Source: Oculina patagonica
Lineage: Eukaryota
Length of the DNA: 64,000 nucleotides
Assembly: GCF_052425735.1 (NCBI RefSeq)
Contig: NC_135765.1
Location: 2,976,001-3,040,000, forward strand
Reading direction: 5' to 3'
Part shown: piece by piece, positions 1 to 11,285 of the stretch
How positions within the stretch are numbered: position 1 is the first letter of the stretch
How the letters are laid out: each line of letters begins with the position of its first letter
Notes under the pieces: generated by a model
Databases searched by the model: none
Told to the model about the DNA's origin: nothing
The model's input: only the letters and a program-made list of their open reading frames with translations
Program-made: the position numbers and the translations under genes

Positions 1-94
1 TCTTACGAGAGTGGTTGCAAGTAGAACGTCAGCAGTTTTACGGTTGCACTGTGCTTGTTGTCTTAAGAGTCTTTTTCTGTCTTATGTTCCACAG

Positions 95-288
95 TGGAGG
101 AGTGTACCCCTCCAACTTCACCAACTACTGCACGCCCACAAACAACTCCAACAAAGAAGTCTGAAAGCCATGTCGTGGCTATCGCTGTTGGTTGCTCTCT
201 GGCTGGGCTCGTTATTATTGTTGCCATTGGTTACATGATTGGGCGACGCCGCAGTCGTAACCAACAAGCTGGATATCGAAAGTTGTAA
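95..288 (+). CDS. LAMP/CD68-like lysosomal membrane glycoprotein, last coding exon (copy 1; upstream exons outside window)
   Basis: Acceptor ttccacag at 94; encodes (V)EEC..., a TM helix (VVAIAVGCSLAGLVIIVAIGYMI) and a short basic tail ending GYRKL*, the GYxxPhi lysosomal sorting motif. Near-identical to 45476-45669. Confidence 0.9.
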
Positions 289-3200
289 ACATGCAGCTCA
301 CTGACAGATGGAGGAAAATAAAAATCTATAATTCTGTCCTTGAGGGAAAATAACAAAATAATAAACTTGCAGCAGAGTTAGTATATTTTTAGAAAAAAAA
401 TAATGATTAGACTTATTTTTGCGTAAGTATTTCAGTTTTCATTGGTCAGAATATATAAGTGTTGATTTATTTTTATTTTTAAGACAGTGTTTTAGGTAAT
501 CAACATTCCTAGTTGTGTATTATCTCTTTCTCGAGTGCAAGGGCTGCAAAACAACTGAAGGCCAGTTTCAATCAATGCCGGGTGGCTGCAAAGTATGCAA
601 GCTTGAATATATAATTGTCACTTGGCACCAAATTTACTTGTAACTCAACTTCTCATTTCATTCAGATTCCTAGCTTGTAATAACTTTGTTTTTGATTGGA
701 AGAACTGGCTGCATAAAATAAAGAGGCACTACTGAATAAGCGCTTAGCCAGGGTTATCAAAACCATAGGTACTCCACTGCCTTGCACTGGGGGAGGGGTG
801 CGGTTGGGATATGCAGGCGTGGTCCCACCCATCTCCCCCATGTCAGCATCCACTTGAGTCTGCTTGCATTCTTTTGTTGTTTCTCTTTATTTTTTGTAGT
901 CAGAAACAGTCGTGTCTGCTTTTCGTGTTTCAGGAGCTTTCAACTTTTGCCATTTCTTAAACAGACTTAAGGAAAACAGTGATTATTAATAAAGCCTCCA
1001 TTTGACACCAGTTTCCTTGCATCTCTAAAGCAAATTCGAGACTTGGTATTTTCGATTGAAGTTCTGATACAATTGCTATTGTGGGCTTGATTTTATTGAC
1101 CTTCATTGTGCTTCATAAGTTTCTTGTCAATGTGCCATTTTTCATTTGACATGCTCTGAGATTAGGGCTAAATGGAAAGGGGATATATCAATCAAAATAA
1201 ATTAAATAGATATAGTTTTTTAAGATGTAATTTAAGTAGTCATTAATAACGGTCACCTTGAAAAGGTGAAAAACATTAAAGGTAGTTTATAGCTTAGCAT
1301 GTTTGATAAACTTATGTTTTCATATTAATGATAAAATAAATGGTTAAATAACGTATAAGATAGACTAAGATTAAATATTAATATATGATAAGAAGTAGTT
1401 TACTCGTTACTGTGTTCCTAAAGATATTGTAGGGTGTCCCGTTTGTAATGAGCCATTTTATGGTAGTTAGCTGTAATCTTTATACAACTTGTATTCTTTG
1501 TATGTCTGTGAGAAGGTTGTTTTATTAAACGTTCAGTTTAGTATATTCGTTGCCGATCTTTGTGTTTGATGAAACAGCTACCTGCCCAGATTCCCTAAAA
1601 TAAGAACAAACAAATGTATCATGGATTGGTCAACATTACCAGATGCTTTAAAAAGATCTTTGCACTGTGACATTCAGTTTAAAAAGAAAATTAAGAACTT
1701 TTTAATAGCAAAATACTTTTAACTTTTTATTGAACAAATTTTGAGAACATTATTCTTAATTTTTAGAACATTATTCTTGTAATTTTATATTTTTACCTTT
1801 TTAACTTGACTTTTTAACCTTCTAATTAGTTTTATTTGAGGACCTCCCTGAAAACCACGTCACGGGGAGCCTCCTCTTGAAAAATTATTTTTTGTTTTGT
1901 TTTCGAGCTCCTAACGTTCGCACCAAACAGTGCCTGGGCTGCTTTTGTGTGGGGGTCAACTGTCTGTTGGTGTTACAATTTTTTTATCTCTTCTTAAAAC
2001 CTTTTAAAATTTTACTCAAATTTACTTTTACTCTTACCTTAAACTTGGTATAGCGTGCATGTGCTTCCCATGGGCTACCATCTGTGATCTGAGTATTTTT
2101 TGGAAAACCATGTGTGTCACAGCTGAACAGCAGCTATAAAATTCGAGACAAATAAACAGAAATGCAAGACGCACAAATGGTGCTATTTTTTGTGGATAGT
2201 TGTTGATTAAAATTTAAAGTGTTTTTCCGGTGTACAAAATTACTTTCAAATTGAAAGAAAACTGAAAATAGTTTTCTTGACACCAAATAAGTGACAATGA
2301 AAAAAAATAAACATCGTTGCGGCTGAGAAATTAATAGGGCCGAGGGGAGGGGGACGGATTATATTACGAACAACAACAAAAAATCTGATTGTTTTAGCTT
2401 TATACCTATATCCTATATGAATACTGCAGAATGCACTTTTATGCCGATTGAACATGGCATGGGGCTGAGTTTTAACGGTACAAACGATAAATCCTGTTTA
2501 CAGTCTAGATTTTTCTCCTAAAATGAACTCGCAAAGAAGAGGCCATCAAAATTTAAAACAGAAGCAATTTGTAGGGCTAAGAAAGAGAGCGGAGAGAGGA
2601 ACCTATTAATTAAACAAACTTCCCCAAGACCAAATAAGGGGTGCCAGTTTTGGAATGTTTTCTCGCATAGACGTGGGTGTAACGTTTCGTCTGCAGTTAA
2701 TTCGACAATCACGTCCGGTGTCAGAGTTCAAATCGCGTAACGTAAATATTAATACAGTTAATACTGTAAATCCGTCTATACATTTTGCAACACGCAATAC
2801 AGACTCTATACAGTAGATAAAAACAATACAATAACTTTGTAAACACACGCAAAAAAGTTCATGGATAGAAAAATACCGCTACACAAGGTTTGGCAAAACA
2901 TATAAAAGCATTCGAAACCATGAAAACGAATGAAGGTTTTTTTCCTCGCTGTCGTTTCTCGATCGTGCTAGGTAAAAGGACAGATATTGTGTAATTTTTG
3001 AAGCAGTTCAGTTCGTGCCCCACATGCACAATATACCAGTATTATTAAACGCCCAATAGCCAATCGAATGTCATCAAAACTTCAGGTGGTCTTCCTCAAT
3101 AAATCGCCCAAAGGGAAGTGAAAACGTGACCGAGAAAAATAAGAATTTTCTTTTTAAATACAAAAATAAATTCGTCTTCCGTTTGTTCCGAGTGCTTTCG

Positions 3201-4124
3201 AACGCTAAACTTTCCAAATATCTTAAGAGCGACTTGTGACAGCTGGTCTTCAGGTCAAATGTAAACAAGACTAGTGACGGAAGCCGGAAATGCGAAAATA
3301 GATAATTTCCATGCCACACGTTTGTCGAAACACTTCATCAAAATTTAGTTGCAAAATCCAAAAGTTGTACTTCTTTCTTTTGTTTGCGTGTAAAAAATTG
3401 TTTGAGAAGCATTTTGAAAACAATATAGGTGTGGATTAATACTAGAGAACCCACTTGACGTAACGCGCCAGAGTGCGTGTGCAAAACATCAGCTGATACT
3501 TGTCACGTTTATTGGGGTCGGTTTCACTCTCGAGAATTCTGCCAATTTCACAACCATTTTACATGTAATAAATGTTCACTAATTGCCCAAAATTCTCTAA
3601 AATACGGCGAAGAAAGTTTAAAACCATGTATAAAATGCTTATAAACGTTTCCTTAAAGCTTCCAAATGTTGTTTTCGTGGCGGAAAGCGCCATCGCGCCT
3701 AATATTTTTTCGTCAATAACAATAGCTATTACGTAGTCGAAAACACGTGTGCTTTCAACAGTCTTGCGTCAGATACCCACCCTTGGTTACCACAGCAACC
3801 GAAGAGCACCCATTGTTCGATCTGGCTTGTGATTGGTGCGGTCTGACGCAGTTGCTATTTTTGTCTTGTAAATTTTCCCTGCTGGAGTGTTATCGACACG
3901 AATTTGTTCGCCCAGCTTTCAATAAATAGCACGATCAGTAAAAGGACGAAGTATTGAGAAATTCAGAACTTCCCAACGAGCGAAAGTGGTACTGTCCCGT
4001 TTCAAGCCGATATTGAAATTTGACTGTATCGCCTGGTTGAATACAAGCGAGAACGGAACAGAATTTTAGAGCGAAGCTACAAATACGAAAACGTTGCCAA
4101 GAAATAGAACGAAACACAACAACA

Positions 4125-4679
4125 ATGAAGGACGAAGTTCGTTCCGCCATCAAGTTCCTCTCTGAGGTTCTTTCAAGGAATTCTAAAGTCAACCAAGAAC
4201 AGGTTCAGAAATTCAACGACACATTAGAACAATTAATCATGTCAAGATTCGAGAACCACTGGCATCCGAACAAGCCATTAAAGGGAAACGCGTTCAGATG
4301 TATTAACATCGAGACAACAGGAATCGACCCTGTGTTGCTGAAAGCGACGAAGGCAAGCGGTGTTTCGCCTTCAGTTTTGTTAGAAATATTCCCTGGTGGA
4401 CTTGCTTTATGGATTGACCCCGGAGAGGTGTCTTGCAGAATAGGAAAAGGCTCTATCTGCCCGCTATATTGTAAAACTCCTCAACAACAACAGCAGCAAA
4501 GTAACAATTATTCTCAACGGCAACTTCAACCCCTCTACTTCAACTCTAGCTATCGCCAATGCTCGCAGTCCAATTTCCAGCAGACACTATTTCCACGAAA
4601 CCAAAGCAACAAGGAAAACTTCGAAAGGTACCATTGGGTTAGCAAAGACTATTCCAAAAGACCAACTGAAGTATTTTAA
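4125..4679 (+). CDS. BTG/Tob antiproliferative family protein (BTG3/BTG4-like), intronless, 184 aa
   Basis: MKDEV start; Box A HWHPNKPLKGNAFRCI; Box B FPGGLALWIDPGEVSCRIG; C-terminal ERYHWV resembling the BTG3/BTG4 tail; AATAAA at 5039-5044. Confidence 0.93.
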   Translation: MKDEVRSAIKFLSEVLSRNSKVNQEQVQKFNDTLEQLIMSRFENHWHPNKPLKGNAFRCINIETTGIDPVLLKATKASGVSPSVLLEIFPGGLALWIDPGEVSCRIGKGSICPLYCKTPQQQQQQSNNYSQRQLQPLYFNSSYRQCSQSNFQQTLFPRNQSNKENFERYHWVSKDYSKRPTEVF

Positions 4680-4799
4680 TTTTCTTATACAATTTTCATC
4701 GAACGCTTTTGAATAAATGACCGAAGGACTTGCTTATATGTCTTTACTTTACCATGCACACGAACGTTTAAAGTTTAATATAAAATGTTTAATGTTCCT

Positions 4800-5044
4800 T
4801 GTACATAGACATACAATTTCTATGTACAGAATTAATGTTATTAAACCTTGTAAATGGAAGAATTTTTACTTATATTAATTTTTTGCGAAATAGCTGGGAA
4901 TGGCTTAATTTAATTTGTAAATTTGTACATGTACAATTGTGAAATAGTATTTGGAGGCTTCCCAAGGAGCGATATTATGTAAAGATTATCATAATGTTTC
5001 ATATTTTGTACAAATACAAGCTTAATATTTTATGGTTAAATAAA
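4800..5044 (+). promoter_or_regulatory. BTG 3'UTR candidate control elements: Pumilio element, CPE and polyadenylation hexamer
   Basis: TGTACATA at 4800-4807 plus several TGTA-N-A cores; TTTTAT at 5028-5033 directly before AATAAA at 5039-5044; retained in the second copy (about 50230-50475). Confidence 0.5.
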
Positions 5045-7506
5045 AACGTTGCAATGAATGTTATATACTTTGAAATGTTTTTATTATGAATATAACTTTG
5101 GATGCAATATCAACACTTGATAACATCATACGATTTGTCTGTCATCAATTCCAAACCTCTCATGTAATTTCCTGTCATATTTGTGGCAGGATATAATCAC
5201 TTCTATGGCCCATTCTTGCCCAATTTGAAAGCATTAATTTTTGTTTTGCTGCCATCTTTTTATAAATAATTTTTTACAGCTTTTATGTGACTGCTATGTG
5301 GGCAAAAAAAGCAAAGAAGGAAAAATGCCCAAATAATATATTTAGACCACATCATTGAGTTGACTGCACGGGTGTTTCAGGCTGAAAATAAGCAAGCAGT
5401 TTCTTAAAAAAAAAAACAAGGGCATCAAAAACAATTTTTTTAGCAATGTGTGTTAATTTTCCAATTCCAACAATTCTCTTTACTGAAATGCACAATAAAT
5501 TTCAATCGATCTTCACATTTTCTGCACCAAAAAAAATTAAATTCCAACAAATAAAAATATTCCAACATTTATGCCTAAAAGTATTCTTCAGCATTTATTT
5601 TGAAAAATTGATTTGCGATGACATCATACTATGAGTCATTTAAAGGTAACAACCCAAAATATATTTTTTGGTAAGTCACTTGGACTAACAATAACAGTGG
5701 TTTTTGTGGGAAACCTAATTGCAAATTGCAAATTTTGTGGTATGGCTCATTATAGGAGTTTGGTTTGTTTTTTCATCAGTATTCCATGCAAATTATAAAT
5801 ATTTAAATAAATCAGATGATATAATATTTTCGAGATTTCCCCTAATTTTCTTAACTTAAATATTGCAGCTTGGGGCCTGTTTGGACGGTCACCCTCAATG
5901 ACCGAGCCACCCTGGACAAGAAAACCTTTATAATATACCATAAAATTTGGTTAGGAAGGGGGGGACTTATACAACTTCATAAGGGGTTTTGTGTGGCCTT
6001 AGAAGCAGAGGGGCTTATATCTGGTAGGGCTTATACGAGGAATTAAAACAAGTGGCTCTGAAAGGGACACATGAGTGTTGATTGGCTAGATACTTTAACA
6101 AAGGAAATGTGAATTTGGCAAATCAAATGAACCGTTTTAAATTCCCTTTAGTATGTAAGCCGGCAAAGGGGTTATAATCAGATTTATTTCTTTGTTAAAT
6201 TGGGCCTATATCATCGTGGGCTTATAAGCGGGGGCTTGTAACCTTAATTTTCCAGGATTTACAAACTGCAGAGAACTGTTTACAGTGACAAATCAAAATG
6301 ACAAGAGTTGCTTGGGGACAAGAATGGGGGGCAGCAGGGACAGATCTTGAAAATTCAGAAAGCGGTGCTGCAAACATTTTGGCGAGGCAGCAACCTTGCC
6401 CCATACCCACGACAACCTCTCGAATGACTGTTGAATTAATTTTTTTAAAAAACAAATCTAAGGGAAAAGGGGGGCAGCGGCCTCTCCCCCTCCCCCCTCC
6501 CCGGACTAAATCTGCCCATGGGCAGGGTAACCCAGGGTGAAGTAACACTTTAAAGGTAGGGCGACTCAGGAGAAACTAGAAAGTCAACTTTTTATGTTAT
6601 TACAGTTTGGATATGTTTGACCAGCCTTCTTGGATTGGCACAGTCAGCAGGATGGCGGGAGAGGGTGACCCTCCTACAAGGTACAACATTGCCCCATATA
6701 TTCCAAATTTTTCAAATTTCAGGTTTTCTCTAGCTAAACCCCAAAGGTCTCACAGCCCAGAACTTATACCCAAGAAAAGTCCAATTTTGTCTTCATCAAA
6801 AATAATGGAAAAAAAATAGAAAAAAAGAACACAGGGATATGCATTTCATCTACCCAAAAAAGCACATACCAAAAAAATTTTTCTTCCCCCAAAAAAACCT
6901 CATAGAGAATTTCTACTCCAAATTAAGTCCCCAAGTCACTAATTACAAACCCTTCTTTGCACCTTCCCTTTACTGAATACTGGAGCATTATACATTGGGG
7001 TAGGTTCTTAATCAAGGAAAAAAGGGGCAGGAGGCTGGAGAATAAAGAGCAGAAAGCACGATACCTAGTGGCGGGGACCGGGAAAAATTGAAAAATATCC
7101 GCGACATTTCGTTATATTTTGCAACAGAAATGGGAGAAAGAGGAGGGAAACACGTCCTTATGAGATGCGGGGGGGGGGGGGGGAGTTACGGGACGCGGGA
7201 GTAAGAGGTATGGGAAAACGGAGGTCCAGACCCCCCACTCACCCCCTCCAGTCACTCACTTTCTCAACTAATCAATCAATTAATCAATCATTTTATTATC
7301 AAACTAATTACAGAAAAAAGTGTTACTCTAAATCAATTCAGATACTGCTGTAATAGAAGTCTTTTTCTAATTTATATCATTACTACAACAAAATAGATAT
7401 CAGGTAAAAGTGGTCATATAATTTCCTTGTTAGACACTGATCACACACTATAAACGTATTCAAGCCATCTAGGTATTGATTTTTTCATCTCATCCTCCAA
7501 CAAGAC

Positions 7507-8679
7507 TCAATGCATAGCAGCTAGAGCCCAGAGGGTCAGCGCCATGCATATTCCTAGCACTGCTCTGCTGATGCTGTGTGATGATCCAGAGTTGCAATTG
7601 TCTCCAGAACAGCAGTCTTCTGAGTCGGAAACGCTCCAGTTAAAAGACGTCGGCGTCGGGCAGTCGGGCATATCTCCTATGGCGGTGTCACAGCTGGATT
7701 TTTTTGGGTCACTACATCTCTTGTAGTAGACAGTTTTCGTGACATCGTCATCGTCATCGGTGCACGACAGCACACCTTTAACACACTGTGATCATCCTGA
7801 TGGGCATTCAGTTTTTGTCATGTTTGAGTTGCAGTCATCCCAGGAATCTTGGCTTGTACAAGTGTAGCAGCTCAGGCAATTTAGAGGTGACGAAATCGAT
7901 ATTTAAACCTGGATCGACGTAAAGAATAGTACAGGCTAGGGAAAAATCGGTCTTTTTGGTTAACAAATTTTTTAGTCTTATAAACCTGTGCCGGGTTATG
8001 GAACTGAGCGTGGAAAATTATCTCGATAAATAGAAAACTCGTGGCCTGAATTTCAGACCGTCGCACGCTCTCGAGATCGCGTGACCAGAGGAAGACGTAC
8101 GTCCCACAGTTTAAAGCTTAAAGGCAAACTCGTCAAATGGAAACTTCGCTCCCCAAGCTCAATAAAGCTCGCTTAGTATGTTGTCTTATCATATGTGTCT
8201 TAAAAGGCACAAATCTCTAGCTTACGTCAATTAACTCTTAGTTTTAACGTTTGTGAGGCGATGGACGAAGACGAAGACGAGATTTCTCGCACAGTTCCGT
8301 GCATGGCACCATCGACACCATCGGCATTCTCGTTTAGTCTTCGTTTGGCCGACTTCGAATCAACCTGAGATCATGTCCGGCCTCCCTCCCTCCCTACTTT
8401 ATACCACAAAAAAAGAACGCCAGATCACAGGTTAACCTCAAATGATAGCCGATGAGAGGAGCTTTAGGAAGCAGACTAAGTCGTGCTTCCAGGCGAAATC
8501 AGTTAAACTGGGAAAAGGGGGGTGTGAGCAGGAACGATTCCCTCGCGCGGTACGTCCTTTGATCAAGGACCTCTCATAAAGCAACAATCAAGCTCTTAAT
8601 ACTTGTAACCCTACATACCTCCTCGAGCAATGAAGAGAACCACAATGATCAAGAGAAAATAGAAAGAACTGACAGCCAT
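7507..8679 (-). pseudogene. Ly6/three-finger gene copy A, disabled (probable null allele of copy B)
   Basis: Exon 1 8679-8619 (MAVSSFYFLLIIVVLFIARG) intact; exon 2 7880-7507 has its acceptor changed AG>AA and an in-frame TCA>TGA at 7794-7792; GPI tail retained. Confidence 0.85.
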
Positions 8680-9756
8680 TTTCACTGCTTTCTCTGAGCT
8701 CTTCAAGATAGGCGTGCACGAAGACAATCCGTGGAAGGTCACGCGAAATATTTCTATCACGCGATGGGACACGTCCCCATATAAGGTATGGGTGTGTGGA
8801 AAAGGGATACCAATTAAAAGTATAGGGTTGACCTATTATGGAAGCATAGTTAAAGGAGGAGTCACGGGGATTTAAAAGAGATTTTTGGTCTCGACTGTGC
8901 TGAAGTAAGTAGTAACCACAACTAGTAAATAAGTAAGGCAACTTGACCCATGAAAAACATCTTTGAACATCTTAAGTAAAACATAAACTTAATTTGCGAA
9001 TAGAAATCAAGCTACGGCTATAAATATCGATTTTTTTGAAGACGCGCGTAAACAACTTGAAAAGTTAAGCCTTTACAATTATTTAAGTTGCAATCCATTT
9101 CCAACCAAGCCATCCGCTGCAAAATACGCTCGTTAACAGTTTCAGTGCTCTAATATAGCAATTGTTAATACAAAATAGACCATTATTTGTACGTTTCCTA
9201 CAACAGAAATGTAAATTTTGGCTGTTCAAAAATCTGTTAAAATCCGTGACATAGGCGCTTTAAATGATAAAAAAAATAATAACATAAAAATTGATGGTTC
9301 TGTGCGGTAAACATGTAAGGCCGTCTCCTTCCATTTTTATTTTCTCTGTTTGCCGACTGCCGAAAGCGTTTCCTAATTCTGGGTTGGTCGGTCGGAATAA
9401 AAAAACGCAAGCATCATTGCCGTAACGAAAACTTGATATGTACAGACCGCAAAGGAAGTAATGAACTCGTTTTACCTAATGACAAAACACTCAGGTTACG
9501 AAATCAACATGGCAGCTATGGAGGAAGAAAAGATCGATGTCGTGGTTTTCTTTTAACCTTTTTTATTTGAAAACGCAAAAATATTGGGTCAGTCGGACGA
9601 CGGTATTAAAACGGAGAAAACCAGGAGAAAGGGAACGTTCTTATAATTCTCGTGACTTTTGTTTTGTGAGAAAAATCTGTGAAATTTCGATTTCGCCGCG
9701 GATGTTGTTTGTACTACAACACTTTAAGATCAATTTCAGAACGTTTCCTTTTATTC

Positions 9757-10256
9757 NNNNNNNNNNNNNNNNNNNNNNNNNNNNNNNNNNNNNNNNNNNN
9801 NNNNNNNNNNNNNNNNNNNNNNNNNNNNNNNNNNNNNNNNNNNNNNNNNNNNNNNNNNNNNNNNNNNNNNNNNNNNNNNNNNNNNNNNNNNNNNNNNNNN
9901 NNNNNNNNNNNNNNNNNNNNNNNNNNNNNNNNNNNNNNNNNNNNNNNNNNNNNNNNNNNNNNNNNNNNNNNNNNNNNNNNNNNNNNNNNNNNNNNNNNNN
10001 NNNNNNNNNNNNNNNNNNNNNNNNNNNNNNNNNNNNNNNNNNNNNNNNNNNNNNNNNNNNNNNNNNNNNNNNNNNNNNNNNNNNNNNNNNNNNNNNNNNN
10101 NNNNNNNNNNNNNNNNNNNNNNNNNNNNNNNNNNNNNNNNNNNNNNNNNNNNNNNNNNNNNNNNNNNNNNNNNNNNNNNNNNNNNNNNNNNNNNNNNNNN
10201 NNNNNNNNNNNNNNNNNNNNNNNNNNNNNNNNNNNNNNNNNNNNNNNNNNNNNNNN
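9757..10256. other. Assembly gap (500 N)
   Basis: Run of N. Confidence 0.99.
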
Positions 10257-10800
10257 CCCGTCCAGAGCACCGTAAAAGAAATTCATTGGCTTAGGTGGGA
10301 TTCGAAGTTCCTTTCACCGGTCAGGATTCACGGCGTCACATCTTTTGTTTTAAAGCCAAAACTTAAGATGATTTTTCCTTTTCATGGACAACGCGCGCGA
10401 TTATCCAGTGGGCGAATAGTCCACAATGAGACAACCAATCAGATTCGCGGATTTTAAGAAAACGATAAGTGTCTACTAGTCAATGTGGACCAACGCTTGC
10501 CGTGTCACGTTGACGGGATAGTGGCTAAATTGGTCTTAGTGTTGTCCATCTTTGAACTTAAATTAATAGTCGTTTTTGAAACAAACAAGCAACAAAGTCG
10601 GTCCTTGGCTATCGCTAAAACTTAGTTTTTATAAGATGTTGGGGTGGGCAATTTTTCTGAGCAGAATTTTGTTTCAGGCTTGTTCAACATACTTTTTTCG
10701 CGGCTAAGGCGATTTTTTTTCTCTGTTTTTGCTGTACAGTAATTTTTTGGTAATGGCTAACACCCCTCAAAAATATAATGATCCATCCCTCACATTATTA

Positions 10801-11178
10801 CTTGGCTTCACACTAGAAGCTAAGTTAGTTTCAAGTAAGCACTTGATTCAAGTGCACTTGAAAATTTCAACTCGCATTTTACAAAACTTGGCTTCACACT
10901 TGATAACAAAGTATATTACTTGAGGCGAAAGCTGTCAATCATCTTCAAAATCGTGACAACGCTGCACGCCGCTTTCGTTTGGCTTCCATTTCCTATTGGT
11001 CAAGTGCGTTCCCAAGTGTGGTGTAGACCATACTTGGCGGCGTACTTCGGCTTCTTTGAACTACGAAAGTTTCCATGGTCACCAAGAAAAGTTCAAGTAA
11101 GTACGTTTTACCCCTTTACACTCAAAGTAGGTTCCAAGTGCACTTAGACTATACTTTTAGCTCTAGTGTGAAGCCAAG
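10801..11178. mobile_element. MITE with TIRs CTTGGCTTCACACTAG...CTAGTGTGAAGCCAAG, flanked by TA
   Basis: Terminal inverted repeats visible; TA on both sides; lies just downstream of the UFC1 stop. Confidence 0.75.
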
Positions 11179-11285
11179 TATTGTCACTGCAGTCAAGTTA
11201 TTGATTTTAAACACTTATTAAACTGGACGCAAAACTCTCCAGATTAAAGAATTTATTCTTTTTTTTCCAGACATCCATTTCTAAA

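Noticed and set aside
9537-10457. Long ORFs spanning the N gaps (also 39328-40030)
   Set aside because: Artefacts of translating N runs.
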